A stretch of DNA of 64,000 nt, from the NCBI RefSeq assembly GCF_009914755.1, contig NC_060942.1, one strand, 5' to 3'. Position numbers and translations under genes: made by a program. Shown here piece by piece: positions 30,871 to 44,049 of this stretch (positions are counted from its first letter, which is position 1; every line of letters starts with the position of its first letter). Below the pieces are notes generated by a model. That model made no database searches. It worked only from the letters and a program-made list of their open reading frames with translations, and was not told the DNA's origin. The stretch comes from the human T2T-CHM13v2.0 reference genome, Homo sapiens.

Positions 30871-32188
30871 AATCTTTTTAACTATTACCCAATCTAAGGT
30901 ATTATGGAAAGAGAGAGCACCACGTGATTGCAATGATAGTATATAAAATAAGCTAGGTTAAAAAAATGTAATGTAAACAGTGGAAGAGGTTTTAAGCCAA
31001 AATATGTGAGAACTACATTGGTCCCTAAAATCAGCAGGTGTTATATTAGGGCTGATAAGATAGAAAATATATGAGACTTTGATTAAAGGAAAAGATGATT
31101 CGAATTTTTGGAGAAAATGTTATCTGATTAAATCAATATTATAATATCACTTTTCTGGGATTTGGCATTCTAATATTTGACTTCTCACTATCATAGAAAT
31201 TCTGGCACTTACAAAATGTCAATATGAGTGCAATTAACACATATTGGCATGCTGTTGTTTTTCCCTAGTGGTTTTCAGGAAGTCTTAGAGATCAATATAG
31301 ACCACTGAATATCTATTTGAATAGATTGATAGATATTAATTATAAGACAACTGAAATTAGTGTATTGATTCGGTAGAATTTTTTTTATCTTTTAGGTAGA
31401 TGTGGCATCCTGATTGGTTTGATTCTATTCACATCTCTAGAATAAGCTCAGTTTGAAAATTCTCTATTTCTTTCTCACTCATTTGCCAAACTCTTTTTCT
31501 AATAAAAGTAAAACATAAAGTTAATACATCATAAATAGCCCAATTACCAAATAAAAAACTGTAGAAATTTTCTTAGGATAAGAGGTTTTAATCTAATTTA
31601 GCAAGCATAATAGACGTTTCGTCTAAATTTGTACCACATTAAAGGTACAGGAAAGCAGCACTAGTTTAAAAAAATTAATCCACATATGTCAGAATAAAGT
31701 CAAAAAATAACTTTTTTCCCTCAAAAAAGAGAATTGAGAGGATGAATAAAGTAACTGAGAGGAATCAGCTGTATTTCATGACCAAGAAGGCTTCAATTGT
31801 GCTATTTATTAGTTTACACTGTGGCAGCTCTGCCCCCATTTAAAAGGACATAGAACTCATTGTGTAGCACCCCAGAAACATGAGAACACCAGGAAAAAGA
31901 GGCAGCCATCATCAAGAAAACAAACACTGAAATGAATTGCCATTTGTCACCTTTCTCACTGTTCTGTTGACCCAGAGTCCCCATCTACTCTGAGTGGTCT
32001 CATGCACAATTCTTAATAGGGTACAAAAGAAAAAAGCAATGCCTGCATTTTTAGAATGAGAGTCATCCTCCAAAGGTTGCCCCTTAAAAGTAAAGAATTG
32101 TAACTCTGTCATCTTTGTGGTCAAATTCCTTTTCCTCTTGGAAATAAAAGAATGTTCTTTGACTGTGATTTTCTTTCTTTCTCATCAG

Positions 32189-32265
32189 CCATGAGTGATG
32201 AAAGACAGATACCAACAAATGAAATTAGACTCTCTCTGACTATCCTCAGATCAGAAACTCTTGAG
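32189..32265 (+). other. Candidate 77-nt spliced exon, open from ATG (MSDERQIPTNEIRLSLTILRSETLE)
   Basis: Acceptor ttttctttctttctcatcag|CC-ATG; consensus donor GAG|gtaagt; unique DNA. Confidence 0.5.
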
Positions 32266-34965
32266 GTAAGTTACTTTGTCAATCATTTTCCCCCAATAGG
32301 ACAGAGAGCATAAGGTTTGCATAATTGCTAGTAAGCTCCCACCCCAATACAATTAGGAGTATGAAACACCAGCTGATCAGCTATAGTGTGGACATGTTCT
32401 GTGGATCAGTGGAAAATGTTGGTAACACTGTCCACATGCTATGATCAATGCATTTATGTACTCCCTTTCAAGAAGGTGAAGACACGGGAAACTGCTGTCA
32501 TGTTATCCTCTTCCAACAAAATAAAGGATGTTAAAAGGCCCCTCATAAGCCAAAACCTTTAACACCTGTGTAATTCATCCATCATATTCAGGTAACATTT
32601 TTGAATTCAAATTATTGGCAGATCATGAGAAGATGCATGCATGAATGAAATCATTATAGATACTTCTTTGATTCTACCAATTATGCTACAGTGCCCAATC
32701 TATAATGTAAGGAAGGACCCTATGGATTTAGAATATGCAGGTCGCAAATCCATTTCTACACCTGTTGTATGTTGGTTAAATACCCACAGGTTCTAAAGAG
32801 CATGGGAAGTGTTATCTTGAACAAGCAATCTCATCATATAGTACAACTAGTGAGATAGTGGGGTTTTTTTTCCCATTTTTTATTTTGCTTTGCTTTGTTT
32901 TTTAATTGACTATGGGTTGATGGAGCCACAACTTCTTTTTTTGCCGACCAATAGCCATTTCTGAGATTTCAGATTAGTTTAGAGGCCATTTTTATGAGCA
33001 CAAGTTGTATTTAAGCTTAGAAATACATTTTGGTGAAAACTAAATATATTGCCTACACAATTAATTACAATAACCCACACTGATATCAAACCTAAGATTC
33101 AGAACTCATTTATGATATACTATAACCAAAACAACTTATGAGTCACAGGAATGCACAAAGAAGATCTGTCAATTGACACAATCATCATTAACATTAGTTT
33201 GACATTTTGCTTTAGGGGATTTTTTTTTCTTTCTCTTTTCTTTTCTTTTTATTTGTTCTTATGATTGAGGTAAATATCCCTACCCTCAAGTTAAATTGTA
33301 TTTACTTAATGAATTAATTTGGTTGCGTTTCTTTTCTTTGACTAGTAACTAGCCAATTGTTTTACTACATTAACTAAATCAAACTTAGTTGCATAATTAG
33401 GTTTTATTAATATCTGACCCATACAGAATGTGGCATTATTAAAGGTTTGAAAAGTCCAAGAATCCTGAGATTGTATAGTAAAACGTTCCTGTGAAGAGGC
33501 AACTAGAGAAATAATTGAGACTCTCATTTTTCATATGAAAATACAGACTCAACACTACTGAATTCTCAGTAACGGAATATAAGTTTTAGTTTGTTTCCTT
33601 GTATTGATTCTGTTTTTAAAGTATGAGAAAGGGTTCGTGTTAAGCAATTCATTGTCTCTGACTAAGGAATCTGTCTGGATTTAGGAATTATTCTGTGTGT
33701 AGGGAAATGGAAAAACAATAAATGTGATTACCCAGGAACCAAACAGAAACTTAGACTCATAGCAGAGAATTGCCGATTAAAAATAGTAAAAAAGAAAAAA
33801 AAAGTATTAAGTAGCAAACCTATATCACCCTGATTATATTTCAGAGCAGTAATTCTAATGTAAACTCCTATGGAAGAAATACGTGCTAAAGGAGGCAATT
33901 AAACGGAGCCTTCTGCTAATTCTCAGAACATTTAATAAATATACATGATTTTCTTAATTTTAAGATTTTCTTCCATATTTCCCCCTTAAAGCATTACAGC
34001 TGGCTAGAACTAGTCCACTAACAATAGTTATTTGAATAAAAAAATAAGTTACAAATGAATATTGCAAGAAAAATGTAGAAAGCACTTGAACAACCTCTTC
34101 AACATCTTGTAATTCCCTCTCTTGGGGGAAATAGAAGTACCTACTTGAGATTATATAGTGTATTACTTCATATATAGGTATATGGATATTTCCCACAAGT
34201 AAATATACTTTCACATAGAATTATTGATTTTTAAAAATTATAATCAATACAAAGCAATACGATTTCAGGGTATACACATCCAAGTTTTTGAAAGTGTATT
34301 AGATTTCATACTATTTCATAATATTCGTATTAGAAATCATATTAGATTTATTCCAGCTTTCCAGGTGTTTAGATACCTAACACTTGTTTTCTAATCCCTA
34401 TTTCTTCAAATGAGTGGTCCAGGGTAAAACAATCTGGGCATGTCTTTTTGAAAATGGTATTTTAATTAAAAGTACCACATATACAGATAGGCATAGTCAC
34501 ACAAGTTCTTCAAAAATAATAAAATTTTCAGGATCAAACTAGTAGAAATAGTATAGTCAAAATTATGATACATTTTGAACAATTATACTTACATTTTTTT
34601 CTCATTAGAATAACATACTCTGAGCAGTTGATTGGCCACCGAAAAACTGATTTCAAAGAGAAAAAGACAGAAAGAGAGTGAGAAAGAAAGAGAGCTATTT
34701 ATAGGCATGGTTAATTTCTGTTGTCAATAAAATTTATCGCAATGATTCACAGTCATAGTCTATACTATTTTACTTTTAAGAAGAATTAATAGCACATATT
34801 AGTACAACTTTCATATATTATAGTTACAAAAATGTGAAAATATGTTATAATTACTCAAATATTACTTAAAGTAAGTAGACACTGGTCAGCATTTAAAATT
34901 TTTCTTCTTTTTCCTTATAATTCCAAATATCTTATTGTTATGACATTCATTGTTTAAATATATCC

Positions 34966-34984
34966 ACACATGCATATATATATG

Positions 34985-35015
<31 letters not shown>

Positions 35016-35033
35016 TCACACACACATGTGTGT
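34966..35033. repeat. Imperfect (TA)n/(CA)n alternating purine-pyrimidine repeat
   Basis: Read directly. Confidence 0.9.
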
Positions 35034-35629
35034 CTGTATTCAAGAATGTTAATTTCCCTTTTCTTCAAATGTCCAAAGGTGAAAATTAGACCCTTTCACT
35101 TTGCTTGGACAAATTGGCAGAAATTGATCTACACTGTAAGAAGCATATATCTTAAAATAAAAAAAAAATTAACTGGCTTGTCCAAACTATGTACTGGTCG
35201 AACAACAATTTAACTCAAAACTAGCTAGAAGCCCAAGGTCAATAAAGAAAGATCATTTTATGTTTTAATTGTTTGCTAAAAGTTTGATTTGGCAATTTTC
35301 AGTACACAATAGAAATAATAGAAAATGCTGACATGTCACTCTTCACTTATACTATTTAATACATAGCAAATTAGTTTGTGATAAGTATATTTTGTGATTA
35401 TATTAGTAATATGTTTTTGAAACTTGTTTCTATAGCACAAAAACAGAGAAAAAATTAAAAGGATATGTAGTATGTAAGACACACATTTGCACATATATCA
35501 CATACATGCTTATTCCCAGATAACCCTGAAGAACAAGGTTTTATACATTGATACACGTCATCTATGCATTTTTATCTTGACATGGAAAAAGACTGGGCCA
35601 AAGCTTTCAGAAATCAAATGTGAACTCAT

Positions 35630-35885
35630 TTTGAAATAGCAGCAGTGTTTGAATTTTAAATTAACCTATTTACAATGAAACTATGCCTGCTGATTGCCAT
35701 CATCTTCAGGAAAATTAACAGTAACGATCATTGGTGTCATAATGCAATTTCCCCGCAAAAATCACATAGGCTTCATTACTGTTTACATAAATTGTCATAA
35801 ATACCAATTATGGTGGAACATAAAATGTAATGCTCTTTTTTTAATCATAATCAGACAATTGTTCTTCTAATTCATATGCTAGGGG
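35630..35885. promoter_or_regulatory. Candidate developmental enhancer (FOX, HOX/CDX and TALE motif cluster)
   Basis: TGTTTAC 35780, GTCATAAA 35794, TGTCATAAT 35735, CAATTA, CATAAAA 35819 in repeat-free DNA. Confidence 0.4.
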
Positions 35886-36044
35886 AATAAGGTTATGATT
35901 CAACCTTTGTTGTGAAGGAAGTGTTTTGATGGTAGTTAGTTTTCCTCTAAGTGCTGGTTGGCTTCTTGTCAAATCATTCAACTCTCCGTTTGGATCATGT
36001 AGTCCTTGTTTCTGTTCACTGTGCTCTCTAATATACTAGGAAGA

Positions 36045-36165
36045 ACATGGAGGCGTGCTAATGGCAGATGAGGGAGATATACACTGAAAGTGTCCTCTAG
36101 ACGTCAGCGGAGAGGTGGCTTCCGGTGGGGTTTATAACAACATTTAGTATAATTACGTCGAAGCC
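36045..36165. promoter_or_regulatory. CpG-retaining ETS/CRE element
   Basis: AGACGTCA 36099-36106, CTTCCGG 36119-36125, 6 CpGs in about 115 bp. Confidence 0.35.
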
Positions 36166-38229
36166 CCCATAAAGGAATAATGCAATAACAGACCTGTTAG
36201 AGAAGCACATTTGCAGTACCAATTCCAGCTTCCACCATAGGTCAGCAGAACAAATAGCTGGTAAAGGCAATGCCCTGTTAAATGGCTAATTTTCAAAACA
36301 AATAAGTTGCTGGCAGGGGAATGGAGGAAAAGGCCAGAAAGAAGAGATTCAGTATTTTTACCATTTTGGTCTCTAAGAAGGAGATAAATCAGCTAGAAAG
36401 GTTACTCAGACAGAAAGTCAGAGCAAAGGACAATACTCTCTGAGGACAAAAGCCCTTCCTTTGCTTTCTGTAACATGCCACACAAAGCCAAGAATCACAC
36501 CGTTTGGGTCCTGTTTTATCGCATCATAACACTCTTTGTACTTGTTCTTCTTTGGCCTTTGTTCTTGACTTATTTACTCCTAAAACTTAAAAACAAAGTC
36601 TGCATAAATTTCCCACTCTTCTGATTCAGAACAGTCTTGAAACATTAAAATCAGAAGAAAATCACTCCCCTGATTCTTTGAACCGTGGTGTCCATGCATA
36701 ATGGTGGCCACATGCAATTATATGTGTCTAGGAGCTATGGTGGGTTTGATCTGCAGGCCCTCTCCACACTTCCAGATTGGGCATTGCTATCTTAATGAAC
36801 CCTGGCAATTTGTCCTCGTTCTACCTAATTCTATCCTATTTGATTAAAGCAAGCGGTAATGATAAGTCCAGTTAAGTTTAATGAAACAAAATTAGGACTC
36901 TTGATCTAAGAAGAAAATAATAAAACTGGCAGGGATTTCATCTGTGGGAGAAATCAAAGTAGAATAAACAGAAATGTAGTAAAATTAGCTGCTGTTTTTT
37001 CATTGTGTAAGCTAGGGTAATGCTAAAGGTAAACAAATGGCATCAGCAGGGAGGAGAAAATGAGACTTTTACTTTTTTCCGTCTTTCATAATCTCATGCA
37101 TTATCGGTAACAGGGTGAGACGTTTTAATAGGGTGTGATCATCATTAAAAGGCAGATATTTATCTTATCACAGTGCATTAAACTCCCAGAAGGAAGTGGG
37201 AAAAAAGGGAGAGTGAATGACTCTCATGAACTATTTAATGAAACACTAAGGTTGCAGCTTTTCTTGTTTGTCTTTAAAAAACGAAACAAACTGATATTGG
37301 ACAAAACTGGTTCCAAACACACCCAGGCTGTACCCGGCGCCTGTGCATTTTGAGAAGTCTCTTCTGTGTTCTGACTTTGTTTAATAATTTCTAATTATGT
37401 TCTACAACCCAAAATTAAATATTTCTATCTCCATTGTGTGTACTTATTCATGAGCTGGGCATTAATCGTAAAACAATGTATCTTGTTATTTATTTATACC
37501 AGATGTGAGTATTTATGTTGCTCTGTTCAGGGTTTCCAGCTAGGTCTTTATTTGTATACTGAGCCGCCTGTTTTTGCATGAAAATGGTTTCTGAGCTCTG
37601 GAGTTCATCTCCACTCTTGTGTTTAAAACAACAACAACAACAACTTTTTTTAAGAGAGAGAATTTATGAATAACTAAGAGATTTCTGCTGTGGCTCCCCG
37701 GGTCTCTCATCAGCAGGGCAGCCAGAATATGTTTTGGGGACCAAGAAAATTCAATTTGGGATTTGTTTCACAGTTTACAATGCTGGTTTCTTGCAAACAA
37801 AATCTGCCTGGGCCATGGAGAGCTTTGCTTCTGAAATATATTTGCATAGTGTTAATTTTCTACTTATTTATTAACTTTTAAAAATGTATGAGTTTGTTTG
37901 GGTGGTGGAGGGTGGAAGTGATGCCAATATATCTTTCTGTGTCTGCCTCCATGAAATCTAACTTAGTCAATGGCTATAAGAACCCACTGATAGATATTTT
38001 CTTAAAGGATATTTTATGTTTGCCATTTTATTAGCATAATTGGCATATAGTAAACTTAACCTGGGAGTAAAAATTTTCCTTCTATGCTGTCTGTTTTCCT
38101 CCTAATTCTCCTCCTAGAGAAACTAGTTTTATCAATTACCATGTGTTCTTTAATAGAAATTTTATGTCCATAAGCACACAAACATACAGACACACACAAA
38201 CAGAGAGACACATATATATCCCCTTTTAA

Positions 38230-38400
38230 GGCAAATTTCAGTATACTGTCCTGCACTTTATTTTTTATTTGATATTTTATCTTGGGATTGTTCCATATCA
38301 AGTTATAGAGCATGTTCTCATTATTTTTTACAGCTGTATAGCATATCACTATATGGATATAAGTAAAGTATTTAATAAAAGACTGTATTTTATTTCTCAT
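38230..38400 (-). mobile_element. L1ME-type fragment
   Basis: 'ttgttccatatcaag..ctcattattttttacagctgtatagcatatcactatatggat'. Confidence 0.6.
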
Positions 38401-39063
38401 CTTAAATCAGTTGAACGTAGCACAGTTATTGCCTCGTAAGACCTTTCCAGTAAGTATTTGCAGATCTACACAGAAGGAGCAACTGGTTAGTGCGCAATGA
38501 TCTAATGGCATGGTTCTTTGTCAGTGTGAGTTGGTGAACAGATAAACATGACTTGTTCTTAAGTACTGTGCTTAAGAGTAAAGGATGACTGATTTAACTA
38601 TTTTCAACATGGAGTAATATATTAGTCTCTAAAGAGTATTTACTCCCATAGCATAGGTAACTGCAAAACTGGGTAAAGCACCTACATTTTTTGCTATAAG
38701 GCAGAAGCTCCACAACAGGGAGCCCACTGAATGACTATAGCCTGCAGGCATGTTTTGTTTTGATCAATTAAAATGTCTTTGAAGTAGCTGACACCATTAG
38801 CTAATTTAGAAATTTAACATAAAAAAACATATCTATAGCTGTAGCTTTTGTTGAAAAGCCTGACAATCTAGCAGGAGTTGGCCTGCCTTTCTTCATAGCA
38901 ACAGCTTCTGGGACTGAGTAGCACTGCCATCTTTAGACAAGAACATGAGTGTCAGGATTCTCCCAGATCTGCCTTGGCCAGTTTAGCTCATTACCTGCCT
39001 TGATCCAGTAGGCATTTAAGTTTCCCATAGCTGGGCTCACGTATAAAAATCCACACACCCTCA

Positions 39064-39837
39064 TGAGATGGAGCAGAGAGTCCCTTTTTGGGGTCTGCAT
39101 GCCCCCGACTTTCCCAGGCATGGAAATAAAATAAAATTTTGAGTTTCTTCAAGGGAAACTAGCCCTGAGAAGTAAATAAATAACTTGTGATGCAAGAAAG
39201 TAATAGCCTAAAACAATAGCCAAGGAGTAAGGTACAGAGATGTTTGGTTTTCCTATTGAAACTAAAGATAATAGCTTAACATATGTCTCTGAGTTATCTT
39301 TCCAAAACTGGATTTCCCCGCGAAGGACCCCCACCAAATATATCCAGATATGCTGTTACACAGACCTCAGATAAGGAGGAATTGAAGACTGAACTCTGAC
39401 CATTGTTCTGTGTTCTAAATTTCTTCCTGTGGGGCTTGGAGGGAACCACACCCCAGAGCCAGGCAAATTTTTTTTTTTCTGCTGAATTCACATTTTTAAG
39501 AAAAGCTTCTCTTCCTTAACCAATTGCAGATCAGAACATCTTTGAATCTACCAACAACCTGTAAGTCCCTGCTTCAAGATATCCAGTCCTTATGCCAAAA
39601 CCAATGTGTAACAGCTGTGTGTTGATTTACAATTTTCCCTCCTGAATTTTACCTCTGCCTTTAAAAACCTTTGCCTGCAGGCCAGCAGAGAGGTCAGGGT
39701 TTAAACAATAGCTGCCTGGTCCTGCTTGGTTGGCACCCTGTAACTTAATGCCTTCCTTTCTGTCACTGCAAAAACCTCAATGTGTATATCTGGTATTACT
39801 GTGCTGGGCAAGTAGACCCCAGTTCTGTTCTATAACA
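39064..39837 (+). mobile_element. MER39-family ERV1 solo LTR
   Basis: Starts TGAGATGGAGCAG; 'gcatggaaataaa..ttcaagggaaa..tagccctgagaagtaaat..aaaacaatagccaagga..gaaactaaagataa'; ends ...ataaCA; no clean TSD. Confidence 0.8.
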
Positions 39838-39976
39838 GAGTTAACCATCAAAATCTAATCCCGTATAGGAATAGTGCTCCGATAATGGTAATGATTATTA
39901 TATTAGGCAAAGTAATGTAGGAATACTGGAGGATTTGTAGTACTAAACCACCATGATTATTGAAAGAAAATATTGT

Positions 39977-40957
39977 ACTTCTAGTTTCTGGTCCAGTATG
40001 TAAAGAGCTTGGAAATTTTCACTCTTTCCTAAAAACAAGTAAAACGCCGAACAAGGTTAAAACCAACAACCTTCTTAGATCTATCAGAGAATTGAGGTCA
40101 TAGAGCAAACTGCTGCCCCCAAAATTGGAGAGACAGACAGACACAGAGAATCACAACTTATGAAAGCAGTAACCCAAAATCAGAGCCCTTCACAGGAACC
40201 AGTACCAGCATAGAAAAATCTAAACTGTAATTGACAAATTGCTGCAGGCTCAGTGTAGACAAGTGTGAGAGATTAAAAGTCCAGATCCAGAAATGGGAAG
40301 AAAGGGGGCAATCTTAGTGAGGAAGGCCCACTTTTGTGAGTTTTATCTCTGGAAGCTCTACTAGTTCTTACAGAGAAGATTGGAGAAAAAGCCCCTTGTT
40401 CTTTCTGCAGAAGGGCAAATGTGATCATTTTGAAATACGTCACAGCATTTTGTTCTTAATAAGGTCTGTTCTCAAGAAAAATTATTTACCAGAGCTTAAC
40501 CTGTTGGAGTTTTATCAGAGCCTAACTCACCTGGGAGAAGGGAAATATCCAACTCCAACCCCCTTTAGATATTCAGCCCCACCTAGGGGTAAGAAAAGAA
40601 CCCAAACAAACACACAAACAAACAAAAAAGCTGAGAAACATTCACAAAGTTCACAGCCCAGGGGTACAGGCTCACTAAAAGACTAACACCTAGTCAGAGG
40701 ACTCTAGGATGCTTCCCCATACCTTACACCTTAGTAACTACATCACTAAAGACCTATTTCTTGCAGTTCCTTTTACCAGTACATGATGTCCAGCTTCCAA
40801 AAAAAATTATGAGACATACTCAAAGGCAAAAAACACAGTTTGAATAGACAGAACAAGCACTAGAACCAGATTCAGGTATGGAAGAAATGTTGGTATTACC
40901 ATTCTATGAATTTAAAATAAGTATAACTAATAATGCTAAGGGCATTTATGAAAGAAG
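39977..40957 (+). mobile_element. Old L1M (L1MC/M4-type) 5' UTR and start of ORF1
   Basis: 'ttcttagatctatcagagaattgaggtcatagagcaaactgctgcccccaaaattggagagacagacag' and 'aggcaaaaaacacagtttgaa..gaaccagattcaggtatgg'. Confidence 0.75.
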
Positions 40958-41771
40958 ATGTTGCTCAGTAACCTGGAAATTTATAAACTGAATAGGCAAC
41001 CTGCCTCCCATTATATTATGCACTGTGCATTTTTTATTGATTTTGGATATCAAAATATCTCACTCACTATGGAGGGAAAGGAAGGTGTGAGAATAGGGAA
41101 GACGAAGAGCTATTTAAGGCTGAACAAAGACAAATATTATCCCAGAATGTGAGGGTCCTGAGGCAGGGCAGGCTGCATGAGGGCTCCTGACAAAATTGTT
41201 CTATTAAATGCAAGGCAGATCTAGATGTGACATCTGCTATCTGAGGTCCATGATGGGAGGAAACTCAGGCTTTCAGCCAAAGGAATTGTAACGTACACCT
41301 CATCCCACTCCTCTGGTAGTTTACTTCCCTTTCCTTCACTTAGGCCTATGTGAAGATCTACCACCTGGACTCCATGCTCTTTGAAATATCACAGAATACA
41401 GCGATTCTACATGCCAAGGGAAGGCTGTATATATTCATTTCCATATAGCTTAAATGCTGGGATTTGAGTTTTCCGGATGACAATCCCCTAAATTAAATGC
41501 CTTGTGATTCTTGCCCCCTGCCAGTCAGCTCTCCAAAGAAAGGGCACTAAGCATTGCACATCTGCCATATCTGTGTTCTTATAGCTTCACTATTCCAGGG
41601 AATAGGGTGAGAAAAGAGCCCACCCTGGCACTCACCACTAATTTTACTCCAGAAATGGAACACAGCTGAGTAAAGACTCGCCATATTTTAAAAGACAGAT
41701 CAAAATATCTCAGGTGCTTTCAGCTCTGGCATCTTTTACTAGTAATGACCTCAATAATAATCAGGCTGTGA

Positions 41772-42146
<375 letters not shown>

Positions 42147-42919
42147 AAACCATCACGCCTGGCCCAGAGGCTTTTACCTCCAAGTCTGTGGTTTGATTCC
42201 AGATATAATAACTAGACAGACCAAATGTCATTCTAATTAGATGGCAATAAAGTTCCATAGCAAAATGAATTCCACAGTTTGAACTCACTTCAAGGGGACA
42301 TTTGTCTTCATTATGGGACATGTATTTGGGGCTTGGCAGGCATTTCTGCTTTAAAGAAGCCCATGCTATAATGAGCGTGAAGATGGAAACCTTTGCCCAG
42401 TGCCGAATGCCTAGAGCTTGCTCTGAAAAAGGAGCCTCAGCCTTCAGGTGCAACTAGGCCAGACCTGGTTACCCTTTCAGACTTCTTTCCTGTAATTGTT
42501 TGAAGAGAAGATAGCAAAGAAAAACAGCCCTGACAGATTGTAGAGGTGATAAAGTTCCTGAAAGTTAGGCCAGCTAATTGGGTAAAAGTCTATTATTGCT
42601 GAAAATCTCCCAAAGTTTCACACTTTACCCCCTTTCTCTCTCTTATCTTCTGTTTTTAATTGAAATACACAATTCTGTAGAGGATATAGCCAACTGAGTC
42701 AATAACAGATCAAAAGCTTAGGCGTGAAGCTTATTTTGGTCATGCATAATAGATTTTTTTTTTTTTTTTTTGGTAATTCCTGAAGGCTCCCTCAGGGTTC
42801 ATCTCCTCCTTAGGGTGATGGCTTTCATGGGATGTGGTATCTTGGCCTTCTAAGAATTTTAGGGCCACTAAATCATTCATCTCCAACAGCTGCTGGAAGA
42901 TGGACTCTGGAGCTTCCTT

Positions 42920-42957
42920 CCCCGCCCCACCCCCCGCCCCCCACCCCCCCACCCCCC
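42920..42957 (-). other. G-quadruplex / i-motif-forming tract
   Basis: Minus strand reads G6-T-G7-T-G6-C-G6-T-G4-C-G4. Confidence 0.85.
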
Positions 42958-43430
42958 AATTCTTCTCTTATTCTGCCACTTTCAGAGTTAGAATTAAGGT
43001 GAATGTATTTCCTATCCTTTTTCAGACATGCAGCATTTTGGGAGGACCAAGTAGGAGCCAGACATGGAGAGAGAAGAGAGAGTGAAAGGTATCTGAGATG
43101 GTGACATGTCCCAGCAGGCTGTGATTCAGTTAACTTGCTGTGAATGAAAGACAATAAAGAAGCAGAGAGCCAAGTTGTTACCATATGACCCTCAGATAGG
43201 GCATTTTTCTCTGTCTCTGAAATAGAAATAATATCTGGTGTGTTGGTATCAGAGAATTCTAGTAAGAAAGAAATGCATTATAATTTGTGTATGTGCTGGG
43301 GAAATGCTTTAAAAAGCCAACCGACCAACCATGCTCTACAGCTAAAACAATGTAAGTATAGATAACTGAAATGTGCAAATAAACTCAGGAGGTAAAGGGA
43401 AGAATATAAAAACTGAGGTTGTTTTCACCT

Positions 43431-43506
43431 GGATAGAGATATAGATAGAGCAATAGCTATAGATGATATAGATTAGATTTAGTTATAGATAGATTGATAT
43501 AGACAT
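43431..43506. repeat. Degenerate (GATA)/(GATATA) low-complexity repeat
   Basis: Read directly. Confidence 0.7.
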
Positions 43507-43534
43507 ATTCCACCTCACCAAAGTGTTGGAGATG

Positions 43535-43745
43535 CCACGTGGCATGGCCGAACCTGACAAGTGTACAGGCTCTAAGGCCAGACTTCGGAATTCAAACCCT
43601 TCCTCTGCTGTGAGGCATTGAACAAGTTATTGTTTCTTAGATCATTATCTGCGAAAATGTGATTGTACTGGGAGGAGTCAATAAATAATTTCAGGTAAAG
43701 CGTTTGGAACAGTGCCTAGGCATACTAAGGACTCAATTGACATTA
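43535..43745 (+). mobile_element. MIR SINE
   Basis: 'aggctctaaggccagac..ttcaaaccc..gtaaagcgtttggaacagtgcctaggcatactaaggactcaat'. Confidence 0.75.
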
Positions 43746-44049
43746 GATATCCTCTTTTCCTCAAGTAAGTCTCATGTATTCTTGCCTCAGTTTTTTTTAT
43801 TATACTCCCTTCCGTTTGAAAACTTCCTCTGCCCTGTGTATTTGAAGTGGATGCTTTGTTCGTTTCCATTAGGCTTAGCAGGTTTCCCCTGACCTATCAC
43901 ACTTACAGTGGTTGTCTCTCCTCTATGAACTCTTAAGGATATTCACTGATGATTCCCTAGAGGGACCGTAATTATATAATACTTTGGGGAATGATTTTAT
44001 TGTTGTTTATTATTTTCTAGGAAGTAGCATCAACAGCAGAACTAACTTA

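Noticed and set aside
40336-40686. 116-aa ORF
   Set aside because: Lies in an old L1M 5' UTR, GTG start, no homology recognised
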